A DNA stretch of 64,000 nt from a phage. The stretch lies in sequence record NC_135728.1; one strand, given 5' to 3'. The position numbers were made by a program, and so were the translations under genes. Positions 19,715 to 29,788 of the stretch are shown here, in pieces. Under the pieces are notes generated by a model. That model saw only the letters and a list, made by a program, of their open reading frames with translations. It was not told where the DNA came from and did no database searches. How positions within the stretch are numbered: the stretch's first letter is position 1; the number at the start of each line of letters is the position of its first letter.

Positions 19715-20248
19715 ATGACTTGTGCTAGAAAACCTGATGAACAACGTAACGCATACGATGAGTATGTGACACCGGAGTGGTGTGCAGAAGGGCTGTATGA
19801 CCTTATTCCGTTCCCAGAGGACTGGACCTACTTAGAGCCTTGCAGGAATAGTGCCTCAGGTGTGTTCTACTCCCGTATGCCGTTAGGATCTGCATGGGGA
19901 GAAATCCAAGAAGGTGTTGACTATCTGAATACAGAATACAACCATGTTGACTGTATTATCACCAACCCACCATACAGTCTGGCCCGTGAGTTTGTAGACA
20001 AGGCGTTGAAAGATGCTGACGTAGTTATTATGCTTTTGCGTCTTAATTTTCTGGAAAGCAAAGCCAGATTTGAATGGTGGCTTGATAATGCACCTACCAC
20101 TGTGATCACAATATCTAAGCGTCCATCATTTCAATCAAATGGTAGAACTGACGGGCAAGCATATGCATATTTTGTGTGGGATAAGAAAAACCGTTTAGAC
20201 TTGCCGCCATTTATGTGGTTGGCACCCCCAGAGGTAGACCTGAAATGA
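19715..20248 (+). CDS. DNA methyltransferase-like (NPPY motif)
   Basis: 177 aa with catalytic-type motif IITNPPYS; short for a complete methyltransferase. Confidence 0.45.
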   Translation: MTCARKPDEQRNAYDEYVTPEWCAEGLYDLIPFPEDWTYLEPCRNSASGVFYSRMPLGSAWGEIQEGVDYLNTEYNHVDCIITNPPYSLAREFVDKALKDADVVIMLLRLNFLESKARFEWWLDNAPTTVITISKRPSFQSNGRTDGQAYAYFVWDKKNRLDLPPFMWLAPPEVDLK

Positions 20249-20529
20249 AAATGAGTGCTAAGGACAAATTACACCAACTGGCGCTAAAACGTCCTGTAAC
20301 GCTTCCTGACGAGCTTAACTCTATTTATGATGCGATTGTAGGGGAGATACAAAATAAAGCGTTAGCAGGCTTTCTGGGATGCGGATTTTCGATAAATCTA
20401 CCCTCGCATCTCTCAGATTACTTCCCGCATATTGTTGGGGATTTGAGGGCAGGAGGTCTGCAGGTAGATGTTGTTGGCATCTCTCCAGAGAAAAATAACA
20501 CGGTTGCCTACTTGACAGTAACTTGGTAG
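20215..20529 (+). CDS. hypothetical protein
   Basis: 104-aa ORF overlapping upstream gene end. Confidence 0.35.
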   Translation: MVGTPRGRPEMKMSAKDKLHQLALKRPVTLPDELNSIYDAIVGEIQNKALAGFLGCGFSINLPSHLSDYFPHIVGDLRAGGLQVDVVGISPEKNNTVAYLTVTW

Positions 20530-20536
20530 TTGTGTA

Positions 20537-20803
20537 TTGTTGTTATCAACAAGGGGGTCATTTATGTACAAGTCATTTTCAATTTACTCAAGACAGGCGA
20601 AACATTACACAGAGATTCTAATCACTCAGAAAAAATCTGTAGAAGGTGAGTGGGAATATCATCATAAAATGTTGCGTCCAGACTGGGTTTTTGATAGGCT
20701 TATTGCTATGATCCCTCTTGGAGAAGTATACCCTCTGACAGGTCATAGGGATGCTTGGGATTTAATTGATTACATAGATTCATTTAAGGAGCCTAGTGTA
20801 TGA
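20537..20803 (+). CDS. hypothetical protein
   Basis: 88-aa ORF, stop overlaps next start. Confidence 0.4.
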   Translation: MLLSTRGSFMYKSFSIYSRQAKHYTEILITQKKSVEGEWEYHHKMLRPDWVFDRLIAMIPLGEVYPLTGHRDAWDLIDYIDSFKEPSV

Positions 20804-21198
20804 AGATTGAGATCACTAAAGAAGGTAAGAAAGTGTCTGGCGATTATGCAACAGTAATTCGGGATGTAATGTTCGAAGTAACCCAGACTGGTACGTCTAA
20901 GGTTGGTCAAACGGTAAGTGTGCAAGGTAATATTGCCGCAGGTGAAAAGATAATCATCGTGATCAAAGGACAAGACCCTGTGGAAGGAACAGTGGGCCGA
21001 GGAGGCTACCTGTGTATTTCTGAAGAACCTCGTATGCTGGTTGCTGATAACTCCACAGGTAAAAAGCGGGTATGTAACACGGACGAGGTGATGATTATCT
21101 ATCCAGTCAACCCAGATGATCCGGCAACATGGATTGTGGGAAATGAAATCTTCTCTTTAGAAGAGTTATCCTTCCCAGCTCCGCGCTCTGTTCAGTAA
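20800..21198 (+). CDS. hypothetical protein (start of small-gene array)
   Basis: 132-aa ORF with ggag RBS, MKIEIT N-terminus. Confidence 0.45.
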   Translation: MKIEITKEGKKVSGDYATVIRDVMFEVTQTGTSKVGQTVSVQGNIAAGEKIIIVIKGQDPVEGTVGRGGYLCISEEPRMLVADNSTGKKRVCNTDEVMIIYPVNPDDPATWIVGNEIFSLEELSFPAPRSVQ

Positions 21199-21237
21199 TA
21201 ATTTATCTTACCAGGGACGGTAGAAGTAGGAGGTAGC

Positions 21238-21471
21238 ATGAAAGTTAAATTTCTTACAGATTTAGGGTACCCTTCCTTGGTTGACTGTGTTGGTAAAATT
21301 GTGGAAGCAAAACGGCTATCTGCAAACGAGAATGTTGTCATGGTTAAGGGAAAAGATTTATTAGCTGCAGGTGCAGAGTCTGGCAGGGTCTCTCCTGACT
21401 ATACGTATTACCTGTCTTTAAGTAATCTACCAGAACGAGGCGGCAAAGGCCTTGAAGTTGTGGAGGAGTGA
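21238..21471 (+). CDS. small acidic protein, paralog family A
   Basis: MKVKFL N-terminus, GK...VKGKDLLAAGA core, LEVVEE C-terminus; paralogous to 24892 and 25109. Confidence 0.5.
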   Translation: MKVKFLTDLGYPSLVDCVGKIVEAKRLSANENVVMVKGKDLLAAGAESGRVSPDYTYYLSLSNLPERGGKGLEVVEE

Positions 21472-22001
21472 CAGGTATGCTTCTGATTAACTGGGAAGAC
21501 CTCTATGGGGACAAAGACCCTGTTGCGTTTGTTGATCGTAGATGGAGATATACTGAAGAACAACTGGCTGCAAAAAATTTAACTGCAAAACGCAGAAAGA
21601 TCATCCAGTGCAAGTATAAATACGCACAGTTTGCTGCAAAAGTGTCTCCCCAAATCGAGAGCTTTGTGCTTAAATTGTATGACGAGTACCTCAAATTCAA
21701 ACTGGATTTTGTACAGGTATACCGTGCACAGATACGCCCAGATACCAGCATTTGTAGATGGAAGGTTGTTTGTGACGGTAAAGATTTGCCACTCAGCTTG
21801 ACAATTGAGCAGCGTTGGGGGTATCATGAGTGCGGTCTGTATGAGACTTGGGATGTCATTGTAGATCCTGCTAAGTACCTGAACACAGAGGAGCTGGAAT
21901 ATATCAATAAGGTTATTCTCGATATGTTTTTCAGATACACCTGTGAAAACTCTGAGAAAGAACGGGATAATTTTCTTGACACCATCAGCAACCATCTGTA
22001 G
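21468..22001 (+). CDS. hypothetical protein
   Basis: 177-aa ORF coupled to upstream stop. Confidence 0.45.
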   Translation: MTGMLLINWEDLYGDKDPVAFVDRRWRYTEEQLAAKNLTAKRRKIIQCKYKYAQFAAKVSPQIESFVLKLYDEYLKFKLDFVQVYRAQIRPDTSICRWKVVCDGKDLPLSLTIEQRWGYHECGLYETWDVIVDPAKYLNTEELEYINKVILDMFFRYTCENSEKERDNFLDTISNHL

Positions 22002-22031
22002 TATACAATTTAACCTACAAAGGGAGGGCTA

Positions 22032-22268
22032 ATGAGTATAAATGTTGTGCTAATAGGTTACCTGGTAATAGCAGTTATAACAGCGGTATTCTTGACAGGT
22101 ATATGCATCGTGTCTAGACGAAGGGTGAAGTTTGATGATTTTATCACCATCATCACTGCTGCACCTTTTTGGCCTATTGTTATCTTCATCGTAATAATGT
22201 GCCTAGTTGATTACTACAAGAATATCCGTAAGGAGAAAAAGGAGAGTAGGGATGGAGACCGCGCCTAA
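22032..22268 (+). CDS. small membrane protein
   Basis: 78 aa with two hydrophobic segments. Confidence 0.4.
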   Translation: MSINVVLIGYLVIAVITAVFLTGICIVSRRRVKFDDFITIITAAPFWPIVIFIVIMCLVDYYKNIRKEKKESRDGDRA

Positions 22269-22469
22269 AACTGTTTATACTGTTCTTAAAGAGATTGCGT
22301 TCTACGCAGATCTTAGCCAGGCACCTTTATGGGAAAAGAGCATGTATTTAAAATGGTGCGTTAATTTATGGAGACCTTCCAGTGTTTCAAGCCATGTTTA
22401 TTGAGATGCTATCTGGGGTATTGTTACTGGTAGCCATCTTAGGTGGTGCAGTTCTGATGTATAACTATC

Positions 22470-22673
22470 TTGAAAAAGGAGACAGCAATGGCAAAAAATA
22501 AATCTTTAGAGCAGGCTGAAAACCTTCTCCACGAGCTAGTAAAGGAGTGGAAAGTTGAATACTCAGATTTTAATGCACGAGAGGGTGAAGATTATTGGCC
22601 TACGGAGCGCTCAGAGGGCGAATGGTATCAAGATTTTATAGAGTGGTTATATCAGACGTGTGATGAGGGGTGA
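22470..22673 (+). CDS. hypothetical small acidic protein
   Basis: 67-aa ORF with aggaga RBS. Confidence 0.4.
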   Translation: MKKETAMAKNKSLEQAENLLHELVKEWKVEYSDFNAREGEDYWPTERSEGEWYQDFIEWLYQTCDEG

Positions 22674-23131
22674 CGATGTTTGTTAAATATGTAAAAACGT
22701 GCCTCAACAGTCTTGGCAGAGAGCATTGGTACACCTTACTTGAAAAAGGAGAAATTTTAACAAAATCTGGAAAGATAACTTTGATACCCTTGGACGATAA
22801 AGACCCGTCACTCCTTGTCATAGATGATTACGTTACAGGTGTGTCGTACGAGGTCTCTGTGGAGAGGTTAATACGCAGATCTGGAGGTCCTTATGACCGA
22901 AGAGAGTATGTTTTCGATTCTGTTACAGAGAAGGAAGATCCGTCTCTAATGTTCAGGATGGTAATCAGAGATATGAGGTCATCTATAGACAGGATCGTAA
23001 AGGACATTAAGGAGCCTTTTAGGGTAAAAGTTAAGAAGTTTTTTGATTCTAAGATTAACATACTTGCCGTTGTGCTAGGCGTAATTCAACTTCTGTTAAT
23101 TTTGCACTATCTTGAACTGTTGTTTAAGTAG
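22670..23131 (+). CDS. hypothetical protein with C-terminal TM segment
   Basis: 153-aa ORF coupled to upstream gene; hydrophobic C-terminus. Confidence 0.45.
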   Translation: MTMFVKYVKTCLNSLGREHWYTLLEKGEILTKSGKITLIPLDDKDPSLLVIDDYVTGVSYEVSVERLIRRSGGPYDRREYVFDSVTEKEDPSLMFRMVIRDMRSSIDRIVKDIKEPFRVKVKKFFDSKINILAVVLGVIQLLLILHYLELLFK

Positions 23132-23191
23132 TGTGCAATAAGGCACAAAGGATGTGCCATAACTAAATAAACTAAGAAAGAGGTAGAGAGA

Positions 23192-23539
23192 ATGCCAAAG
23201 ATTAAATCGATATTAATGTGGGTAGCTGTTGTGGCTTTTGTAGGATACTGGACTTGGGAAACTGAATTAAAAGATATCGGATATACCAGTCTTGAGAACA
23301 AGGCGTGCATTGGCATAACCGATGCATTCAGGCAAAATGCTATGGATCACGAATGTGTCGATGCAGACATAGATGAGAAACTGTCTAAGGACAAAGACTT
23401 CTACCACGGGTATGCTTTGCTTGATAGTGGAGACACTGTAGAGTTCTGGTCGTGGTTCCGTAAAGATGGAACAATAAAAACAGCAGTAAAGATCTCTAAC
23501 AAAGAGTTAATGCTGTTGCAGCAGAAGGAGGCTCAATGA
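23192..23539 (+). CDS. hypothetical protein with N-terminal TM segment
   Basis: 115 aa; RBS agaggtagag; preceded by palindrome GGCACAAAGGATGTGCC. Confidence 0.45.
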   Translation: MPKIKSILMWVAVVAFVGYWTWETELKDIGYTSLENKACIGITDAFRQNAMDHECVDADIDEKLSKDKDFYHGYALLDSGDTVEFWSWFRKDGTIKTAVKISNKELMLLQQKEAQ

Positions 23540-23823
23540 TCTGGATATCCTATGCTGATGGCACCATGCTGTATACTGCAGGTACCAGATATGAGGTTCA
23601 GGAGAACGATAAAAAATTTATCGTAAGAACATTTGACAAGGACGACAACCTTTTGCTAGAATTAACTTACAAGGTTGGGGATGTATCTAGCATCCAGTTG
23701 GATTGCGGTCATAAAGATAACCCACTCAAGAAACCTGGGGTAGGTAAAGCTTCAGAAAAACGCCTGTCTCGTATTGCAGAAAGCGTTTCTGCACAAAAAT
23801 CTAAGAAGGGGACTAGAAAATGA
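23536..23823 (+). CDS. hypothetical protein
   Basis: 95-aa ORF, coupled. Confidence 0.4.
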   Translation: MIWISYADGTMLYTAGTRYEVQENDKKFIVRTFDKDDNLLLELTYKVGDVSSIQLDCGHKDNPLKKPGVGKASEKRLSRIAESVSAQKSKKGTRK

Positions 23824-24014
23824 AAAACTTACGTTTTAACACTTATTACTACAACACATTGAATGATTTGTATTATATTGTTCGAAGTAAAAGTCCTGAA
23901 ACAGTCCTATTCTGCCGCGAACCTTTCAAAGGGGAGGAAGTAGAGTCTGAGATGAATGTTAGCCATATTACCTCTTTGTTGCTCTCAGGTGCAATGGAAG
24001 AAGCAATATTCTAA
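23820..24014 (+). CDS. hypothetical protein
   Basis: 64-aa ORF, coupled. Confidence 0.35.
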   Translation: MKNLRFNTYYYNTLNDLYYIVRSKSPETVLFCREPFKGEEVESEMNVSHITSLLLSGAMEEAIF

Positions 24015-24033
24015 ACCAGGCGGGAGGGTTTTT

Positions 24034-24219
24034 ATGAAGCACTATTGTCTGTCTGGTAGAATGGGTGCAGATTGTGATTGGGTTTTCTTAAAACTTGTCA
24101 GTATTCGAGAGTTCATCCCAGAGGAAGAGCAAGAAAGTGAGCTGATGTCATGGATCAACCATTACGGTAACACTTTTCGGCATGTTAAGGTGGAAGAGTT
24201 GCCAAGCGAGGCTGATTGA
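24034..24219 (+). CDS. hypothetical protein
   Basis: ORF track 23956..24219; internal ATG at 24034 with RBS gggaggg is the likelier start. Confidence 0.35.
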   Translation: MKHYCLSGRMGADCDWVFLKLVSIREFIPEEEQESELMSWINHYGNTFRHVKVEELPSEAD

Positions 24220-24314
24220 CTATGATTGCATCAATATTAACGTTTATGGGCGGCGTGGCATTCGGATTCATTGTTTGCCTGTTTATAGTGATTATGTCTA
24301 TGCGAGGCTGAATT

Positions 24315-24611
24315 ATGAAACTTTTTGAGTGGTTTAAAAAGTTTAAATATAAAGCTGTAGCCATCGTGCCATGGTCCATTCAATGGGTGGACGATGAGGG
24401 ATTACCAATTCCAGGTGATAAAGACACGGGATACTGGATCATGCTTGAAAACGGGTTTGGAAAGCGAAAATATACGTGCACAAACTCTACTCGATCTGCA
24501 CTTAATAGAGTGCCTGGTTACAAACTTATGGTTGTGTGGAAAATGTCAGGGGTGCCTCCAGCTAATGCTCAATTTCTTACTGACAATCCAACCACGGTGG
24601 AGGGAGATTGA
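24315..24611 (+). CDS. hypothetical protein
   Basis: 98-aa ORF. Confidence 0.4.
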   Translation: MKLFEWFKKFKYKAVAIVPWSIQWVDDEGLPIPGDKDTGYWIMLENGFGKRKYTCTNSTRSALNRVPGYKLMVVWKMSGVPPANAQFLTDNPTTVEGD

Positions 24612-24895
24612 TAATGAAAAAGATTAACAGTGGTGAAGTTGAGTTTAAACTTGTCGGGAAAGGCACTTACTGGGAAGTTCGTCAAAAGGTATATTTGTTC
24701 GGTCTTATTCCCTATTGGTCTAAATTCTACTGGGGAGCTAACGAGTTGGGAAGATACGCCACCAAATCAATGGCACTTATTGGTATAGCAGAGTACATTG
24801 CAGCCAGAGATAGGGTTGGAGACACTTATTACTATACTGCGGACGATATTCGTAACAGTGTTTACGTCCCACAACCACCTGATGGGGACCGTTGA
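24608..24895 (+). CDS. hypothetical protein
   Basis: 95-aa ORF, coupled. Confidence 0.4.
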   Translation: MIMKKINSGEVEFKLVGKGTYWEVRQKVYLFGLIPYWSKFYWGANELGRYATKSMALIGIAEYIAARDRVGDTYYYTADDIRNSVYVPQPPDGDR

Positions 24896-25119
24896 TGAAA
24901 GTTAAAGTTTTAGATTCAAGCTTCTATATTGGTCAGGAGCCTTTAGTAGGGAAAGTGTTTACTGCTGTCCCTAACGAAGATTATCCTGACCTTTTAAAAA
25001 TAAAAGGTGCAGATCTTATTGCCGCTGGTGCATCTCAGGACTGCTTTGACAGTCAGTGGACCTACAACTTTGCCCTAGGTGAGGATGTAGAGGTAGTGGA
25101 GGACGATCATGAAGGTTAA
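24892..25119 (+). CDS. small acidic protein, paralog family A
   Basis: MKVKVL...GK...IKGADLIAAGA...VEVVED; paralog of 21238 and 25109. Confidence 0.5.
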   Translation: MMKVKVLDSSFYIGQEPLVGKVFTAVPNEDYPDLLKIKGADLIAAGASQDCFDSQWTYNFALGEDVEVVEDDHEG

Positions 25120-25363
25120 AATTCTTGATTCTAACGTCTACTTGGGACAATCCTTCCTGAAGGGAAAGGTCGTTCCTGCGGTATACTTTGAAGGGTTGCC
25201 GTGGGATGATCCTGTGCGGCAACATCACAGTTATGTAGGCCACAACGTGGTGTTTATCTTGGGATCAGACCTGATCACCGCTGGTGCACCTGAATATTAT
25301 TTCGGGGAAGAGTCCTATTATGCCTTTGGGGTAGGGTCAGATGCGGATATTGTAGAGCTGTGA
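25109..25363 (+). CDS. small acidic protein, paralog family A
   Basis: MKVKIL...GK...SDLITAGA...IVEL; paralog of 21238 and 24892. Confidence 0.5.
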   Translation: MKVKILDSNVYLGQSFLKGKVVPAVYFEGLPWDDPVRQHHSYVGHNVVFILGSDLITAGAPEYYFGEESYYAFGVGSDADIVEL

Positions 25364-25375
25364 TGGGTAACCGTT

Positions 25376-25774
25376 GTGAAAAATAAACTGTTTAAAGTTA
25401 CAATGAAAATTCGCGGAGCTTGGAGCGTAAAGCAAGGGCGTATTCCGGAATTTGAGAAAGACTTCTACGTAGTCTCCACCTCGGAGGAGGCTGCATGCTG
25501 GCAGGCTGGCTATGCCTATGCAAGAACCTGGTACGAAGGATACCAGACCGGGGGATATGACGGAGAAATTATCAGCAGAGGTGTGGAAGAAATTAATGTG
25601 TTGACAAGTGAAAAAGTTTTTGTTATAGTGCATCCAGATTCCAGAGTGAAGCATTACTGGAACGCCAGAACAAAAACTTGGACACCGTTTGCAGATTCTG
25701 CTACGCCACTTTTAAACCAGAAAGCTCTTGACTCTGCCCCAAGTTATGGGATTGTTGAAGAAAAGCTAAACTGA
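25376..25774 (+). CDS. hypothetical protein, paralog family B
   Basis: C-terminal HPDS...YW...WTP motif shared with 27581..27976. Confidence 0.45.
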   Translation: MKNKLFKVTMKIRGAWSVKQGRIPEFEKDFYVVSTSEEAACWQAGYAYARTWYEGYQTGGYDGEIISRGVEEINVLTSEKVFVIVHPDSRVKHYWNARTKTWTPFADSATPLLNQKALDSAPSYGIVEEKLN

Positions 25775-25791
25775 AACAGTGAGGTACTAAC

Positions 25792-26082
25792 ATGATGGAT
25801 TTAGTTCTGGACACGGATAACACCGGAGAGTTTAAAAAGGATGGTGTAACAAGCGTTGACCAATCCTTCCCTGCCAAGATTGACTCAAAATGGACCTACA
25901 AGTTCGATGGAGAGATCTTCGCAAATGATGAGAAGGTTGTAGATGCTGCAGCCATTTTGAACGCTCTAGGGTACGACCCTGTGAATTCTTTGATCAAGGA
26001 TCCTGTTGAGTTTGCAGAGTATGTTCGAAAAATGGCAGATCTTGCTGTGGATATTTTAAAAACTATCGACGACAAGCTGTAA
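25792..26082 (+). CDS. hypothetical acidic protein
   Basis: 96-aa ORF with gaggtac RBS. Confidence 0.45.
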   Translation: MMDLVLDTDNTGEFKKDGVTSVDQSFPAKIDSKWTYKFDGEIFANDEKVVDAAAILNALGYDPVNSLIKDPVEFAEYVRKMADLAVDILKTIDDKL

Positions 26083-26126
26083 AAACTGTTGACACAACGC
26101 TTCAGATTTAGTATCATTGTTTTCAA

Positions 26127-26152
26127 AGAGGGTTTGGTTCCCTCTTCTTTAA
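26127..26152 (+). terminator. rho-independent terminator-like hairpin
   Basis: GAGGG-TTTGGTT-CCCTC then TTCTTTAAAA. Confidence 0.45.
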
Positions 26153-26164
26153 AAGGAACACGTT

Positions 26165-26482
26165 ATGCAAATTGAAATCACTGGCAACGTAGAAATCACT
26201 GAAGGTATGGTGTCTTTCATTTCCCACAAAATGTCTAAGCTGGAGCGTTTGCACCCATCTGCCAACTATGCACGTGTGAGTGTAAAAGTTGAAAATGATC
26301 ACCAGGAAGTTATGGCGTTCATTTTTGACAATTCTGGAAAAGAAGTTATTGCCAAGGCTAAAGGCAGTGATGCTTACGAGGCAACTGACCGTATGGTAGA
26401 TGTTGCAGCACGTCAGCTGGCTAAATGCGGTGGAAAGAAAGGTAAGGGGAAAGGCAAAGTAAAGATTGACTTTGGAGAATGA
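26165..26482 (+). CDS. hypothetical protein
   Basis: 105-aa ORF; glycine/lysine-rich basic C-terminus. Confidence 0.45.
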   Translation: MQIEITGNVEITEGMVSFISHKMSKLERLHPSANYARVSVKVENDHQEVMAFIFDNSGKEVIAKAKGSDAYEATDRMVDVAARQLAKCGGKKGKGKGKVKIDFGE

Positions 26483-26619
26483 GGTGCTACAATGGGTGTG
26501 ATTAAGAAATTAGTCCCAAATGTAGAGATTGCATGCTTTGAAATTATGTTTGCAATCGCAGTTGTAGTTAATGTGTTAGGTTACGGCTATTAATATCAAA
26601 TAATTGAGGAGACCTCTAA

Positions 26620-26889
26620 ATGAAAATTAAATTATTCAAAACCGAGCTGGCAGACAAAAACTGTGGACTGGTTGAAGGCATGATTGTCGAAGCACAACCA
26701 GTTGACTATATGAAGGTGGTTCGTGATGCCCTGGGTGAAGGTTTTGATCTGATGGAGCCAGCTCTGCGAGAAGATGTTATCGAGATGGCTAAAAAGCACA
26801 CACCTGAAGGCATGGTGGTGTTTGTTGCACCGGGTAACGGAGAAGAGTTGATTGTAACTCCTGATGTGTATGAGATTGTAGAGGAATAA
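26620..26889 (+). CDS. small acidic protein, paralog family (VEE tail)
   Basis: MKIKLF N-terminus, YEIVEE C-terminus; RBS gaggag. Confidence 0.45.
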   Translation: MKIKLFKTELADKNCGLVEGMIVEAQPVDYMKVVRDALGEGFDLMEPALREDVIEMAKKHTPEGMVVFVAPGNGEELIVTPDVYEIVEE

Positions 26890-26980
26890 TCCTGCTTGGA
26901 TTAGCAGGCTTCCTCGATAAGGAAGGTTTGTAATTATTTGTGGGAAAGGAATCCCAATCTCTTACCAGAGGTGATACTAT

Positions 26981-27244
26981 ATGATTGTTTATTTTAAAAC
27001 TTCAGGTGGATACCCTGATTCTCAAAGCTTGATCGGAAAAACGTGCACAGCATACTCACCTCTTGATGAGGAGGTAGGCGATATTCTACGAAATATGTAT
27101 CGGATTGATCCTCAAGAAGCTTTTGATCAAAATCTTGTATTTGTCAAGGGCTCAGACATGAAGTCTTTGGGAGCATTCCCTGAAGCAGATGATGATGCCG
27201 TTTATTCGTTCATGACTCCTTTTGAAGCTATGGTTATTGGGTGA
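26981..27244 (+). CDS. small acidic protein, related to family A
   Basis: GK...VFVKGSDMKSLGA core resembles family A. Confidence 0.4.
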   Translation: MIVYFKTSGGYPDSQSLIGKTCTAYSPLDEEVGDILRNMYRIDPQEAFDQNLVFVKGSDMKSLGAFPEADDDAVYSFMTPFEAMVIG

Positions 27245-27248
27245 TAAT

Positions 27249-27581
27249 ATGAAAGTACGCTTTATTGGTGAAACAATTCCTGTGCATCTCCGGTCGCCTG
27301 AGGATTCTGCAGATCTTGCATCTCAAAAGGCGAGAGGCTATGATAAGAAAGTAATCTCAACCGATGTAGTGCTTGAGGCTACTAGTCTACCTGACCCCGC
27401 TGCATTCTTTAATCATTATGGATACTATTTCAGCAATCTGATGAATATCGGTGAGCTTGTGTTTATTAGTGGTGGAGAAATTGTTAGCAAGCTTGGCGGC
27501 GATCCGGATGTCTTTCATGAAACCTGTCCTTTTGCATTTGTGGTGGGTTCAGATGTGGAAGTTATTGAGGAGGTGCGGTAA
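27249..27581 (+). CDS. small acidic protein (VEVIEE tail)
   Basis: ORF track 27222..27581; MKVRFIG start at 27249 more consistent with family N-termini. Confidence 0.45.
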   Translation: MKVRFIGETIPVHLRSPEDSADLASQKARGYDKKVISTDVVLEATSLPDPAAFFNHYGYYFSNLMNIGELVFISGGEIVSKLGGDPDVFHETCPFAFVVGSDVEVIEEVR

Positions 27582-27976
27582 TGGTAAGCCTATACCGTGT
27601 TGAGTATAGCTCAGATACTGTATACAACGTAAGAAGCAAAGATCGCAGCGACAGAGTGCAAGAAATGTATGTTCTTGCCGACAGTCCGTTATCTGCAGCG
27701 TTCAAGGCAGGGGCTCTTGCATCTCGTTGGAAATTTGAAGGCGGATCTTTCTATGAAGAAACCCTTGAAGATTCTGTTGTTATTTCTTCTGTAGAGGTTT
27801 CAGATGACTACGAAGGGAAAAAGTTCGTAATGCGGCACCCACACAGTAACATTGCGTACTACTGGGATGTTCTGAACAACGAGTGGACCCCAGATCTTCA
27901 GAAGGCTACTGTGCTAACACCGTTTTTGGCAGATAAGTTCCCACCAGAAGGTAATTTATCCGCACTGTTTCAGTAA
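27581..27976 (+). CDS. hypothetical protein, paralog family B
   Basis: RHPHS...YYW...WTP motif shared with 25376..25774. Confidence 0.45.
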   Translation: MVSLYRVEYSSDTVYNVRSKDRSDRVQEMYVLADSPLSAAFKAGALASRWKFEGGSFYEETLEDSVVISSVEVSDDYEGKKFVMRHPHSNIAYYWDVLNNEWTPDLQKATVLTPFLADKFPPEGNLSALFQ

Positions 27977-28052
27977 TTTTCTTGCACACAGGTGTTGACA
28001 ACACCAACCCTGTGTGAAATAATACCTTCATCTTAACAAGACAGGAGACTGA

Positions 28053-28313
28053 TTGATGAAGATTAAATTGAAAAACCTTGAAACGGCAGAGATTCAGGAC
28101 GGTGTAGATTTCCGTTCTAAAGATGGTGACATCTTAGAGGTAAATCTTCCAACCTACGAGCTGATTAAAGGTTTTGGCAACGTTCAGGAAGAGGATATTC
28201 CAGAAATTCTTATGATGTTGATTCTTGACGGAACTGTGTTTGTAGGTGAAGGTGAGAACGCTATTGCAATCCCAGGCCATTTTTATGAAGTAGTTGACGA
28301 AGAGGTGCTGTAA
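28053..28313 (+). CDS. small acidic protein (family with MKIKL N-terminus)
   Basis: 86 aa, aggag RBS, C-terminal EVVDEEVL. Confidence 0.45.
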   Translation: MMKIKLKNLETAEIQDGVDFRSKDGDILEVNLPTYELIKGFGNVQEEDIPEILMMLILDGTVFVGEGENAIAIPGHFYEVVDEEVL

Positions 28314-28664
28314 ATGAAAGTAGAAATTACTGGTTTTGATGTTAGTGTGGTTCCGGAAGATATTTTAGCTAACTTACCGGAAGGTTTTGGTAACGGTGTT
28401 GTGGTGGATGCTGTTCCTCCTACCAAAGACATTCTGCTGCAGTATGGTGTAGCAGAGGAAGATGTCGATAAAGTTCTTACAATGATGGCAATCGATCGTG
28501 TTGTCGTTGTTAAAGGTCTCGATAATTTTGAGAGTGATCCTCTGATTATTCGCGGAGATGACTACAAAATCATCGATAATGAAGGCCAAGAGTTCTATGA
28601 GCCTTGTGCAGAAGATATTCTTAACTTATTACTGGAAGCAGGCACCGAAGAGGAGGACGAATAA
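28314..28664 (+). CDS. small acidic protein
   Basis: 116 aa, MKVEITG N-terminus, acidic tail. Confidence 0.45.
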   Translation: MKVEITGFDVSVVPEDILANLPEGFGNGVVVDAVPPTKDILLQYGVAEEDVDKVLTMMAIDRVVVVKGLDNFESDPLIIRGDDYKIIDNEGQEFYEPCAEDILNLLLEAGTEEEDE

Positions 28665-28993
28665 TGAAGATTGACCCGTTACTGAAGGCTCGTGCAGAAA
28701 AAGCGTACACCATTAAGTTGACCAACTTGGTTCCTACTTGTCATCCGGATGTAGGTTGGCCAGAAGGTTTGGTGGAGGGAACTGTAACAGCTGCATACCT
28801 TCCTAACATCAAATACCTCATGGAAATCTTGGAGCTGGATGAGGAAACGGCAGAAGAGTTCCAGTTGGACATGAAACAAAGTGGGACTCTGGTTATTCAC
28901 GGGTGGTACAATACTAAAGATGCAGAAGATCCTCTGGTAACTTCTAATCTGGCATATGAAATCTTAGGACCTTTGAACCTGGAGGAAGACTAA
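28664..28993 (+). CDS. small acidic protein
   Basis: 109 aa, coupled (ATG overlaps upstream stop). Confidence 0.45.
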   Translation: MKIDPLLKARAEKAYTIKLTNLVPTCHPDVGWPEGLVEGTVTAAYLPNIKYLMEILELDEETAEEFQLDMKQSGTLVIHGWYNTKDAEDPLVTSNLAYEILGPLNLEED

Positions 28994-29280
28994 TGAAAGA
29001 TCTGGTTAAGATTAAGATTAAAGATACCAATGGAGAACTCAGCCATTTTGGAATTAATGATGGTGACGAGCTGATCGCACACCTGCCTACCAAGGAGGTT
29101 GTAAGCAAAGCAGTTGCCGGAGAAGAAGCTGCAATGCAGGCTGCAGGTGTGGATGAAAACTATGTAGCTATGTGCATGTGCCGAGATCAGGTTGTTCTGT
29201 ATAAAGCGTATCGACCAAACGGAGCCACGGAGTGGCTTGTATTCCGACCCGAAGGATATGAAATCTTAGAGGCACTGTGA
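28993..29280 (+). CDS. small acidic protein
   Basis: 95 aa, coupled. Confidence 0.45.
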   Translation: MKDLVKIKIKDTNGELSHFGINDGDELIAHLPTKEVVSKAVAGEEAAMQAAGVDENYVAMCMCRDQVVLYKAYRPNGATEWLVFRPEGYEILEAL

Positions 29281-29369
29281 TAAATCTTGCCAAGGTTGCA
29301 ACGGCACTGTTAATTATTTGCTGGTCAGTAACCTTAACACTGTGTCTTGTATTTCAGTGAGGTGCTTGT

Positions 29370-29633
29370 ATGAACATCCTGATGTGGGTTATAGCAGTGG
29401 CGTTTGTTGCATGTTTTTGCTGCTGGGTTGCGGTGAGGATTTCTGTAGCTACCCTTCGGAAGTTGGGGTTCTCAGAATGGGATATTAATATCCTTTCTTT
29501 TCGCAATGAAACAATCTCAGCCGCCCTGCTTTGTAAGAAATTCAAGTGGGAACCTTGTGAGGTCATGAACTATCTAAGAACAGGTGATATTCCTGAAAGA
29601 TTTAAAAAAGTTCTTGACGGCAAGGATAAATGA
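29370..29633 (+). CDS. small membrane protein
   Basis: 87 aa, N-terminal TM (ILMWVIAVAFVACFCCWVAV). Confidence 0.4.
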   Translation: MNILMWVIAVAFVACFCCWVAVRISVATLRKLGFSEWDINILSFRNETISAALLCKKFKWEPCEVMNYLRTGDIPERFKKVLDGKDK

Positions 29634-29788
29634 CAGTATAGTGACTAACAAGAGGTGAGGAGTGACTGATTTTACTGAAGCTTTAATGATGGCCTTGTCT
29701 GTTTTAGCGCTATCGGTGTGTTTTGGGGCGTTATTCACATCTCTGGTTAAAGTTTTACATACAGTATTATTACCCAAGGAGCGCAGTA